From positions 279,337 through 343,336 of the forward strand of contig CAWBBV010000012.1 in assembly GCA_963787125.1 (NCBI GenBank): DNA of 64,000 nucleotides. The letters are read 5' to 3'. This document shows, piece by piece, positions 19,256 through 28,269 of this stretch. A model generated the notes under the pieces. That model had not been told where the DNA came from. It did not search any database and worked only from the letters and a program-made list of their open reading frames with translations. Origin of the DNA: an uncultured delta proteobacterium (lineage in GTDB: Bacteria > Desulfobacterota > Desulfuromonadia > Geobacterales > DSM-12255). A program made the position numbers and the translations under genes. Each line of letters starts with the position of its first letter. Position 1 is the stretch's first letter.

Positions 19256-20755
19256 TTATTTACTTGTAAGTTTTTTGAAATTAATCTTCATATCCGCTGA
19301 ATTAAAAATATCGGTGGTCAGATGTCTTGTTAATTCGAATGGAATAGTGGCAAGAATCAGCACAAAACAGGTTGCGGCAATACCGTAAAACCAGAAATCC
19401 CGTTTTCGTGTAGCCTGCAATTGAAGCGGATTTTCGATGGTTGGAACTACGGCAAGCACCTGGATTCCCAGAGACTTGAGTGATGTAACATTGCGTACGG
19501 ACTTGTCCAGATGATCCAGCAGTACTAGGAAGCCAAAGCTTGCCAGTAATCCGCCAACAATCCCAAGGAGGATTATCTTGACCCTTTTCGGGCTGAACGG
19601 TTTGGTAGGTAATATCGCCGGATCGACAATGCGGAAGGTTGTAGACTTATCCTGAACCTCCATCTGCTTGGATACTTCTGACTGCCCGTATCTGGCAACA
19701 AGTTGCTCATATAGATATTTATGACTGTTTCGCTCCCGCTCCAGTTCCTCAAGACCTGCCCTTGCGTCTGGAATGCTCTTTAACTGGGACTGTTTCGCAG
19801 TTATGAAGCGGCGTTGATTTCTTTCGATATCCTGCAATGAGCTCAATTCCATGGTAATTTTTTCAACTTCTCCAGATGAGCCTTCACTTAGATCAGGTTT
19901 TATGACACCTGCTTGAAGCTGTGCTTTGACTACTGCAATTTCGTTATTTACTTCCATGACTTCGGGATGATTATCTGTATAAATCAGACCGAGATTTTGC
20001 TGCTTTCTCTGTAGTGATGCTAATTTAGATTTGAGCGGATCGTTCTTCTTTGCAGCAGTTAACATGCTCTCTAACTGACGCCGCTTGATTGATATTTCGT
20101 CGATTCTTCTTTGAGCCTCACCTATATCAGCAAGCACTGCTCCTTCACTCTGGCTCAGCGTGCCGCCTTTTTCTTTCCTGTAGTTGCTTGCCACGCTTTC
20201 AGCCTCTTCCAGCTTTGCTTTGACCGTCGCTATCTGCTCACCGAGCCATTTTGTTGCGCCATAAGATTCTTCCCTTTTCGAGGTTACATTTTCCTCAATG
20301 TAGCGTCGTACCAGCGCGTTGACAAAATCACGGGCAATACGGGGATCCTTGTCGCTGAAAGAGATCATAAAGAGCCCTTCCCTGTCTTTGAGCTTGATGT
20401 CAGTTCTTTCCTGATAATTTCTGAGCAGCTTTTCCTGCTCACCACTACTCATTGAGTTAAAATCAATACCAATATCAGTAAAGACTCTCAGTAGCAGATT
20501 TCTGCTTTTCATCGTGTAGGCAAGCAGGCGCAGCTTGTCATCAAACGATGGTGATATCGCGATTCCTCTGACTAACTCGCTGATAACACTCTTTTCTATA
20601 AAAACAGTGCTTCTGGCCTCGTAACGCGCAGGAAGGCAGAAACTTGTAATAGTTACAGCTGTCATAATCAGGAGCGCCAGTAACACGAAGAGGTATTTCT
20701 TCTTGACGACAAGTTGTAAAAATTTCCTGTAATCAAAATCCACAGTTTGATTCAT
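19256..20755 (-). CDS. Polysaccharide chain-length determinant / co-polymerase (Wzc periplasmic part)
   Basis: Two TM regions flanking a coiled coil; YTDNHPEV, FRIVDPAILP..P. Confidence 0.85.
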   Translation of the reverse strand: MNQTVDFDYRKFLQLVVKKKYLFVLLALLIMTAVTITSFCLPARYEARSTVFIEKSVISELVRGIAISPSFDDKLRLLAYTMKSRNLLLRVFTDIGIDFNSMSSGEQEKLLRNYQERTDIKLKDREGLFMISFSDKDPRIARDFVNALVRRYIEENVTSKREESYGATKWLGEQIATVKAKLEEAESVASNYRKEKGGTLSQSEGAVLADIGEAQRRIDEISIKRRQLESMLTAAKKNDPLKSKLASLQRKQQNLGLIYTDNHPEVMEVNNEIAVVKAQLQAGVIKPDLSEGSSGEVEKITMELSSLQDIERNQRRFITAKQSQLKSIPDARAGLEELERERNSHKYLYEQLVARYGQSEVSKQMEVQDKSTTFRIVDPAILPTKPFSPKRVKIILLGIVGGLLASFGFLVLLDHLDKSVRNVTSLKSLGIQVLAVVPTIENPLQLQATRKRDFWFYGIAATCFVLILATIPFELTRHLTTDIFNSADMKINFKKLTSK

Positions 20756-20809
20756 CTGACACCCCGCAATAAAAAGTATTAAGATTGAGTTACTAAGCCG
20801 GCATCTTTT

Positions 20810-21613
20810 TCAAAACATCCCTTCTTTGACGATTATGTAATCGTTTGGCCTTAGCTTCAGGTTCTGGCTTAAGTCCCAATCACTCAGTAAATCCTTTGCC
20901 TTTACCGTTATAATCACATCCTTTCCTTCATCTTTTCTAATAATTGTGGTGTCATTTTCTTTGGCGAACTTACTGAAGCCACCAGCTTCAAGAACTGCTT
21001 GCATAACGGTTATTCCATCTCTGTATTCTATTAGTTTCGGGGCATTTACAGCTCCAAGGACATAGATGCTTTTATCAACGACAGCTGGTATATAGATCGA
21101 ATCATTGGATTGAATGGCCATATCCTCGCTGGTATCACCACCGATAAACAGTTTATGAAAATCTGTTTTGATCATTTTGCCTTCTCTCAAAACGTAAGCG
21201 CGCTTCAGATCAGCCCCTTTTACATCGCCAACATTGCAGAGAAGCTGGAGGAGCGTTGTGCTGCGGTTCAAATCGAAAGCCGAGGCTTTAACTCCACCAC
21301 CAAAGATGTACACTTTACTGTTGGTAATCTCTTTTACGGTCACCGTTACATTCGGATTCTTTACCAATTCTCTAAGCTTCTCGCTCACTGACTTCTGAAG
21401 TCCCGGCGGGGTAAATCCTGAAGCTTTCAGATCACCAATCCCTGGAATGGTTATCTTGCCATCCGGGCGAACCCGGACATTGACATTCAACTCCCTGACA
21501 CCCCAGACATATATTTCCAGAACATCCCCTTCACCGATGACGTAATCACCTGCAGCAGCCAGCGGCGGGAAAAGCATTATTCCTATAAGCGCTAACATTA
21601 ACCATATCTTCAT
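20810..21613 (-). CDS. Polysaccharide export protein (Wza/OPX family)
   Basis: YVIGEGDVLEI, VRPDGKITIP, two SLBB repeats; start ATG 21613 after AGGAG. Confidence 0.85.
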   Translation of the reverse strand: MKIWLMLALIGIMLFPPLAAAGDYVIGEGDVLEIYVWGVRELNVNVRVRPDGKITIPGIGDLKASGFTPPGLQKSVSEKLRELVKNPNVTVTVKEITNSKVYIFGGGVKASAFDLNRSTTLLQLLCNVGDVKGADLKRAYVLREGKMIKTDFHKLFIGGDTSEDMAIQSNDSIYIPAVVDKSIYVLGAVNAPKLIEYRDGITVMQAVLEAGGFSKFAKENDTTIIRKDEGKDVIITVKAKDLLSDWDLSQNLKLRPNDYIIVKEGMF

Positions 21614-21662
21614 TACATTCTCCTTTTGATTCATTTAAAGAGTTGTCTCATTTTCTTAACTG

Positions 21663-23030
21663 TTATCTTGCACCTTTCCTAAACAGGACTACCTGTATCG
21701 TTTCCAGAATAATCATGAAATCAAACATCAAAGAGAGGTTTTTGATGTAGTAAAGATCAAATCTGAGTTTCTCCATGGCATCATCAACTGAAGCGCCATA
21801 CTGGTATCGGACCTGTGCCCAACCAGTTACTCCGGGTTTAACAAAGTGTCGTTCCGAGTAGTACGGAATCAGCTTTTTAAGATTACCGACAAATTCCGGT
21901 CGTTCCGGTCTTGGTCCGACCATGCTCATGTCACCACAAATTATGTTAAAAAACTGTGGCAGCTCATCAATACGACTCTTACGGAAAAATGCACCCAGAC
22001 GGGTAACGCGAGTGTCATTCTGCTGGGCCCATACAGCCCCAGAGACGCTTTCAGCATCAACACTCATAGTTCTGAATTTAAAGAGAGAAAAGAGATTTTC
22101 CTTTTCACCGACCCTGACTTGTCGATAAAAAACCGGTCCAGGAGAATCTATTTTGATTGCCAGGGCGATAAGAGGCAGAACCGGCAGTAGCAGAATAATA
22201 CCTATGCTGGCGAAGGATAGATCAACAAGCCTTTTGAGTACTTTACGAATCCGGCTGACTTTGAAACCCTCTGAGAAAATAATCCAGCTGGGGTTGATTC
22301 CTTCCAGAAACAGCTTGCCGGTAACATGTTCATAAAAAGACGGTGCATCAACCACTTCAATGCCATCCAGTTTGCAGGCCATGACATCACTTAAGGGGAA
22401 TACGCCACGTCGCTCCGACAACGAAACTACTATTTTGTCTATCTTTTCGCGTTTGACGGTTTCATAAATTCCGCCGCTGTTTTCGAGAATCGAGGAAATA
22501 GGCACCGTGGCGGCCTCTTCAGAACATCTTAGGTAGCCGGAAAGCAGATAGTTCTCATCTGATTTAGGGATAAGAGCCCCCATATTCCCCGCAGTTGAGC
22601 CGACGCCAAGTATCACCACACGCCTGGCAAATCCCGTGAATTTCACATATAGGCTGTAGGTTGAGTGACAAAGAAACTGCAGGACACCGAAGATAAGTAT
22701 CGCTGAGACAAGGATTTTACTGCCGTACTCATCCAGGTTGTTAGAATAGGAAAGAAAAGAGAAAACAAAACAGGACACCCCAAGAGACGCCCCGACCCTG
22801 GAGGCTATATCGCTGGCAATCAGTTCATGATGGTTATTGTAGATTTCAGCCTGGAATGACAAAAATACGAGAATAAGTATAAATATAATTATTTTGGCAG
22901 CACCTAGCCTGACAACATCCTCAACAGCCGGAATCTTTATCAGATTTATCGCGATTGCAGTCAAAATAGCCATAATTGCAGCCAGTGAGTCGCCGACAAC
23001 CAGTTGAAATATTCTTTTGTTCTGTTCCAT
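21663..23030 (-). CDS. PEP-CTERM-system priming sugar-phosphate transferase (polyprenyl glycosylphosphotransferase)
   Basis: KFRTM, DTRVT, RKSRIDELPQ, MSMVGPRPERP, KPGVTGWAQV. Confidence 0.9.
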   Translation of the reverse strand: MEQNKRIFQLVVGDSLAAIMAILTAIAINLIKIPAVEDVVRLGAAKIIIFILILVFLSFQAEIYNNHHELIASDIASRVGASLGVSCFVFSFLSYSNNLDEYGSKILVSAILIFGVLQFLCHSTYSLYVKFTGFARRVVILGVGSTAGNMGALIPKSDENYLLSGYLRCSEEAATVPISSILENSGGIYETVKREKIDKIVVSLSERRGVFPLSDVMACKLDGIEVVDAPSFYEHVTGKLFLEGINPSWIIFSEGFKVSRIRKVLKRLVDLSFASIGIILLLPVLPLIALAIKIDSPGPVFYRQVRVGEKENLFSLFKFRTMSVDAESVSGAVWAQQNDTRVTRLGAFFRKSRIDELPQFFNIICGDMSMVGPRPERPEFVGNLKKLIPYYSERHFVKPGVTGWAQVRYQYGASVDDAMEKLRFDLYYIKNLSLMFDFMIILETIQVVLFRKGAR

Positions 23031-23067
23031 TTTTTGCTCCTTAACTACAAAACGATCAGAGCTAGAA

Positions 23068-25317
23068 TCAGTTGAGTTCTGCTAAAAGTGTTCGCGCTTC
23101 GCGAATTGATGCGAACTTTTCGATGCGAAGGGCTTTCTGTAAATGAACAGTAGCCTGCTTTTTATCACCGCTTGCCTTATGAGCAAGGGCAAGATGATAG
23201 TTGACCGTTGGATCGTCAGGAAGGAGTGCCACGGCCTTTTCCAGATATTGAAGAGCTTCAGGAAAACGATTGTTTTTCAGGAGTGCATAACCGACAGTAT
23301 CCATGATTCCCGGGTTTGCGGGTTCCAAAGCAATGGCGTTCTCTGCCAACTGCAGTGCTTCTTCTTTTCTTCCGAAACCCTCAAGATAAAGGTAGGCAAT
23401 ATTGTTAAGTGGGGCAGCATATTTTGCAGATTGCGCCAAAGCAGCACGATATTTAGTGATAGCCTCTTTTTTAAGACCCTGTGATTCCAGAAATGTCCCC
23501 TGGGTAAAATAGGCTGGAGCATATTCCGGGCGTTTCTGAATAAGTTCATCACAGCTCTTCTGGGCCATGTCATGATTTCCTTTCCGGAAATACATCGATG
23601 CCAGTGCTATATAGGCGGCAGGGTCCTGGGTTTCCTTTGCTTTTTGATACCAGGCTACCGCTTCATCATCCCGTTTGGTTGATTCCATAAGAGTTGCCAT
23701 TCTGAGCATTGCCTTTACATTTCGCGGCTCCCTCTGCAAAACTGTCGTATACTCATTCTGTGCTTTACCATGGTCATGCTGACCGATGTAATATGCTGCG
23801 AGCATGAAAAATGGTAGAACTGAGCCACTATCACTCTCTTTTGCTTTTGTGAGGTAGCTCACTGCTTCTAAAGGTCTGTCATCAGCAAACTTAAGACGCG
23901 CCATACCGCAATAAAGGAGAGCATCCGTTTTCTTGCCGGTCAACCCATCCCTTAAAACTGTAAATGCTTTATTACGATTATTACGGGACTCATGGTAAGA
24001 AGCGAGGATCAGCCTTGAATTGAGCAGTTCCGGCGCGACCCGGACTGCTGTCGCCAGATCGATCTCAACTTCTGCTGTCTTGCCTTTACTCAGATGCAAC
24101 ATCCCTTTCTTCAGATAAGCATCCACTAGTTTTGGCTCCAGCTTTATAGCCGTGTCGAGTTCGCGTAAACCTTCATCAAGCATTCCTTTCGCTATATAGG
24201 CGCTGCCAAGCATATTATGGGCCTGCGGATTTTTAGCATCCGTTTCAAGGACTCTGGTTAACTCGGTAACTGCATCATCAACCCTTTTCTGCTGGAGCAG
24301 AATAGTCCCGACAAGCAACCTGGCCTGATGAAACGCCGGTGCTTGATCCAGAATATGCCTGAATTGGTTCATGGCGCTTTCCAGATCGCCATTGCCATAG
24401 AGACTAAGGCCGAGGAAATAGTAGCCGGGGATTGACTGTTGTATTTTATTAGCGTGCTGTAGAGATGTAATGGCCTCCTTGAAATTTTTATTACGGTAGT
24501 AAGCAATCCCCTGTAAACGATATCCTTCAGCATTTGCTGGAAATTTTTTAATGAGTTCTACTGCAACTGATTCTGCTATGGCGGTACGACCGAGCTCAAA
24601 ATCGAGCAATCCCGCCTTGTAGGCAGCAATCTGATCTGAAGGGTTAATCGCTTCCAGCTTTTTATAAATGACATGAGCCTGCTCTTTTTCACCGCGTATA
24701 ATCATTAAGTCAGCTTGAAGATAAAGTGCCCGCACGTTCTTCGGATTGACTGTAGTTATTTCCTGGAGCAATTCTTCCGCCTGAGCCATTCTCCTCTCTC
24801 TGACATAAAGACCTGCCAACTCCAGCTTGGCACTTATTTTTGCAGGATCTATTTTCAGAACACGCAGAAAATATATTTCGGCGTCCTGTGGCATTTTCTT
24901 TAATACGTATGCAATGGCAATCACTTCCATTGCGTCAGCAGAATCCTTTTCTATTAATAAATGCTCGTTAGCATGATTTATCGCTTGATCAGGCTTTCCG
25001 AGGTTATTGCTCAACCTTGCCAGATCCAGATAAATCCCGGGCTGATTCGGGTTCAGCAGTTTGACTTTTTGAAACTCTTTTTCTGCGAGTTCATATTTTT
25101 TTTCTGACTGATATGCACGTGCAAGCTCGTAACGAGCGTCCAGGTAATTCTGATTCTTTTCCAGGGCATTTTTGAAAAGGACTATTGCTCCACCTGGCTT
25201 CCCTTCACGCAGTAACTTGACACCTTCCGAGTAGAGCTCTTCACTGGTTTTCCACACACATCCTGCAGAAACAGCTGTTATGAGCAGCACCATGATGATC
25301 GTAATTTGCTTGAACAC
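23068..25317 (-). CDS. prsT: PEP-CTERM-system TPR-repeat lipoprotein
   Basis: Lipobox VSAGC; many TPRs; LNNIAYL...DTVGY..L; locus context; start GTG 25317 after GGAGG. Confidence 0.85.
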   Translation of the reverse strand: MFKQITIIMVLLITAVSAGCVWKTSEELYSEGVKLLREGKPGGAIVLFKNALEKNQNYLDARYELARAYQSEKKYELAEKEFQKVKLLNPNQPGIYLDLARLSNNLGKPDQAINHANEHLLIEKDSADAMEVIAIAYVLKKMPQDAEIYFLRVLKIDPAKISAKLELAGLYVRERRMAQAEELLQEITTVNPKNVRALYLQADLMIIRGEKEQAHVIYKKLEAINPSDQIAAYKAGLLDFELGRTAIAESVAVELIKKFPANAEGYRLQGIAYYRNKNFKEAITSLQHANKIQQSIPGYYFLGLSLYGNGDLESAMNQFRHILDQAPAFHQARLLVGTILLQQKRVDDAVTELTRVLETDAKNPQAHNMLGSAYIAKGMLDEGLRELDTAIKLEPKLVDAYLKKGMLHLSKGKTAEVEIDLATAVRVAPELLNSRLILASYHESRNNRNKAFTVLRDGLTGKKTDALLYCGMARLKFADDRPLEAVSYLTKAKESDSGSVLPFFMLAAYYIGQHDHGKAQNEYTTVLQREPRNVKAMLRMATLMESTKRDDEAVAWYQKAKETQDPAAYIALASMYFRKGNHDMAQKSCDELIQKRPEYAPAYFTQGTFLESQGLKKEAITKYRAALAQSAKYAAPLNNIAYLYLEGFGRKEEALQLAENAIALEPANPGIMDTVGYALLKNNRFPEALQYLEKAVALLPDDPTVNYHLALAHKASGDKKQATVHLQKALRIEKFASIREARTLLAELN

Positions 25318-25374
25318 AGCACTATCCTCCAATTAACCTGATTTCAAACGACGACATGTTGTGTTTTATATATA

Positions 25375-25390
25375 ACCACAGACTGTGCCA
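25375..25390 (-). promoter_or_regulatory. Possible sigma-54 promoter of the prsT/EPS export operon
   Basis: TGGCACAGTCTGTGGT; good -24, imperfect -12. Confidence 0.45.
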
Positions 25391-25604
25391 TCTACTTAAG
25401 ACCGGTAGTAAGCAATAATTACAGCTAGATAGACGATTATTGTCTGATAAGAGCTTGTTAAGGGAGACTTAATTGAAAGGCTGAAGGTTTATAAATGCAT
25501 GAATATTCGGGAGAGTGTTCCAGAGTAAAAAACATGACAAGTGTTAAGAGTGTTGCAGCAGCAGTACAATCAGCACACATCCTGTAATGAATTAACTACT
25601 ACTT

Positions 25605-25621
25605 TGTCGGTTAACTTTACG
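25605..25621 (+). promoter_or_regulatory. Putative enhancer-binding-protein site
   Basis: TGTCGGTTAACTTTACG, 63 bp before the -24 GG at 25684. Confidence 0.6.
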
Positions 25622-25682
25622 TATTGTCAGCCAATGCAAATGTAATAGTGGTAAAACTGCGTGATTCAAACCAGTTAACAGT

Positions 25683-25698
25683 TGGCACATCAGTTGCT
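25683..25698 (+). promoter_or_regulatory. Sigma-54 promoter of the DGC-crp operon
   Basis: TGGCACATCAGTTGCT, matches the consensus TGGCAC-N5-TTGCW. Confidence 0.8.
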
Positions 25699-25734
25699 TA
25701 TCTGCATTTGTGACTTGGTTTAATGGAGGTGGGG

Positions 25735-27219
25735 ATGACAACGAATGCTAGAATACTGTTGGTTGAGGACGACGGCATTGCTGCGCGTCATCTGAATCAG
25801 TCACTGCCCAGGATCGGATACCAGATCACGGCCGTGGTTCAGACAGGAGAAGAAGTTCTCAAAAAGGTTGAAGAGACTAAGCCTGATATTATTCTCATGG
25901 ATATTACCCTGGGCGGGAAGATGGATGGAATTAGTGCCGTGAAAAAGATACAAGCCCAGATTGACATTCCCGTTATCTATTTGACTGCAAACTCCGACAG
26001 CCAGGTTTTCGAACGGGCAAAAAGCACTGAACCATACGCGTATCTTGTAAAACCATACGAAATATTTCAACTTCAAAATGCTATCGAGATAGCGCTATAC
26101 AGGCATAAGGTGAAGAATGAGCTTAAAGCCAGTGAAAACAGGTACCGCACAATATTTGAGGTCAGCGATAATGCCATGATGCTGGTCGATAATAATTCAA
26201 CTATCATTATGATTAATGAGCAATTCGAAAATTTGACCGGGTGCTCCAAGTCATCTGCTGAAAAACTGAAGAGTTGGCCTGAGTTTTTTGCAGAAAGTGA
26301 ACGCACCAAAGTTGCAGAACGCCTCGAACAATCGGACTCTGACGTTTTTAAAAAACTCGATCATTTCGAATCGTTAATCGTTGACTCCCAGGGAAACACA
26401 AAAACTGTCTATACCAATGTCAGAAAAATCCCCGGGACTAATACCAGCATTGTTTCGATGAGCGATATTTCTGAACTCAAACGGGCTGAGAACGAGATAC
26501 ACCAGTTAAATATTGAACTAAGCGCTAAAAACAAAGGACTTAATCAGGAAATATTTTTACGGGAACGAGTCGAAAAACAGCTTCGCTATAAAGCCACCCA
26601 CGATCATCTTACCGGCCTGCCCAATAGAGTTCTGCTCTTTGACCGCTTGAAACAGGCGTTCGCTTTCGAGGAGCGCCATAACACTCTCGTTGCACTAATG
26701 ATTCTCGATCTCGATAATTTCAAGAGCATTAACGATAGCATGGGGCACCTGTCCGGAGATGTGCTTTTAAAAAAAGTGGCACTGGTACTCCAGAAATGCA
26801 TGCGCCAGTATGATACTGTTGGTCGTTTGGGTGGTGATGAATTTGTCATCATCATTAACGATGCAGACACAATCAGAGATATCATTTCATTTACCGAAAA
26901 AATTCAAGCACTCTTTCATGAACCTTTCGATATTCTCGGCAAGCAAACATATGTAACAACCAGCATAGGCGTCGCCATCTATCCACTCCATGGTTACAAT
27001 ATTGAAACTCTCCTGAAAAAAGCAGATATGGCAATGTATGTCGCCAAAAATTCCGGAAGAAACACATACAGACTTTTCTCGGAGTCAATGGATATAGCTG
27101 ATTCAACCCAAAAAATCCTGCGGACAAAAAGACGGATTTCTCTTCTTGGAAAATCTATAGAAGATGAATTTCTGCCTAATGTTTCAGTAACCCAATCTAA
27201 AGAGCAGTTAGCTCATTAA
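25735..27219 (+). CDS. REC-PAS-GGDEF diguanylate cyclase
   Basis: LLVEDD...ILMDI receiver; PAS; DHLTGLPNR, DLDNFK.IND..GH..GD, RQYD I-site, GGDEF; start after GGAGG. Confidence 0.9.
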   Translation: MTTNARILLVEDDGIAARHLNQSLPRIGYQITAVVQTGEEVLKKVEETKPDIILMDITLGGKMDGISAVKKIQAQIDIPVIYLTANSDSQVFERAKSTEPYAYLVKPYEIFQLQNAIEIALYRHKVKNELKASENRYRTIFEVSDNAMMLVDNNSTIIMINEQFENLTGCSKSSAEKLKSWPEFFAESERTKVAERLEQSDSDVFKKLDHFESLIVDSQGNTKTVYTNVRKIPGTNTSIVSMSDISELKRAENEIHQLNIELSAKNKGLNQEIFLRERVEKQLRYKATHDHLTGLPNRVLLFDRLKQAFAFEERHNTLVALMILDLDNFKSINDSMGHLSGDVLLKKVALVLQKCMRQYDTVGRLGGDEFVIIINDADTIRDIISFTEKIQALFHEPFDILGKQTYVTTSIGVAIYPLHGYNIETLLKKADMAMYVAKNSGRNTYRLFSESMDIADSTQKILRTKRRISLLGKSIEDEFLPNVSVTQSKEQLAH

Positions 27220-27229
27220 TGGGAAAATC

Positions 27230-27922
27230 ATGAAAAGCCGGGATACCCACAACCATTCAAAAACGCTTGAACATATTCCCCTCTTCTCTTGCATGTTCAA
27301 GGACGATAAAAATAAACTCAACCAGATCATTCAAGAGCGTTTTTTCAAAAGAAATTCAGTAATTCTTATGGAAGAAGATTCGAAGAATTTTATGTATGTC
27401 ATTTTTTCCGGGAAGATAAAGGTAGTTCGAATAACAGCCGATGGTAAGGAGCAGATTCTGGTTATCCGTAAGCGCGGCGATTTTTTTGGAGAAATGACGC
27501 TGTTGGATGGGAAATCTCAACCGGCGACGATAGTGGCGATGGAAGATGCCACCGTAGGGTTGATTTCAAAAAATGATTTTGAGCAGTATTTCATGAAAGA
27601 TGCAAATATATTAAAACAGATAATTTCAATGCTCTGCGAACGGCTCAGAGAGTCATGGGTAATGCTGCGGGTACTCGGACTGACAGATGCTGAAGCCAGA
27701 GTAAGGGCGGTTCTTGCTCACATCAGCTCTGTTTACGGTATAAAAGACGTAAGGGGAGTCCTGATACCAATAAAACTTACCCATAAGGAAATAGCTGAGT
27801 TTGCTTCACTTGCCAGGGAAACGGTCAGCAGATTGTTGACACGGCTTTGTCAATCAGGCGAGATAGAGATTATCGACGGGAAAAATATCATCATCAAACC
27901 ATCATTTGAAGTGCTCAAATAG
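27230..27922 (+). CDS. Crp/Fnr family transcriptional regulator (CRP-type recognition helix)
   Basis: cNMP barrel GDFFGEM; HTH LTHKEIAEFASLARETVSR. Confidence 0.9.
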   Translation: MKSRDTHNHSKTLEHIPLFSCMFKDDKNKLNQIIQERFFKRNSVILMEEDSKNFMYVIFSGKIKVVRITADGKEQILVIRKRGDFFGEMTLLDGKSQPATIVAMEDATVGLISKNDFEQYFMKDANILKQIISMLCERLRESWVMLRVLGLTDAEARVRAVLAHISSVYGIKDVRGVLIPIKLTHKEIAEFASLARETVSRLLTRLCQSGEIEIIDGKNIIIKPSFEVLK

Positions 27923-27957
27923 TATTATCGTCAGTCAAGGGAGTGATTCCCTGGTCG

Positions 27958-28224
27958 CTAGCCGAAGAACCGCAGTCCGACTTTAGGCGAACTGATCCGT
28001 ACTACTTTGCCGTAATACTCATTGGGGCAAAACGCCTGATCTCCACATAATAGCAAACTGCAAGTATCTCCCAACTCAACAACGCAGGAAAGTGAGTTTG
28101 TCGTCGTCACAAGAGCCCCTGAAATCGACAGATTTTCAAGTTCGCAGTTATATTTTGAGCCATTATGAATGACCAGACATTTGGATATAAGTGGCAATCT
28201 CTCTTCAGATCTCTTCTCTATCAT
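27958..28224 (-). CDS. Single-domain PilZ protein
   Basis: RSEER (RxxxR) and NLSISG (D/NxSxxG), terminal GLRF. Confidence 0.85.
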   Translation of the reverse strand: MIEKRSEERLPLISKCLVIHNGSKYNCELENLSISGALVTTTNSLSCVVELGDTCSLLLCGDQAFCPNEYYGKVVRISSPKVGLRFFG

Positions 28225-28269
28225 AATATCAAAACTCCTACCTCACACCCTAAGCTAGTAAGCTAGCAA

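Noticed and set aside
25735..27219. This GGDEF enzyme as the cGAMP synthase for the riboswitches
   Set aside because: It has NDSMGHLSGD with the canonical guanine-specifying Asp; Hypr/GacA-type cGAMP synthases carry Ser/Thr there. Predicted to make c-di-GMP.
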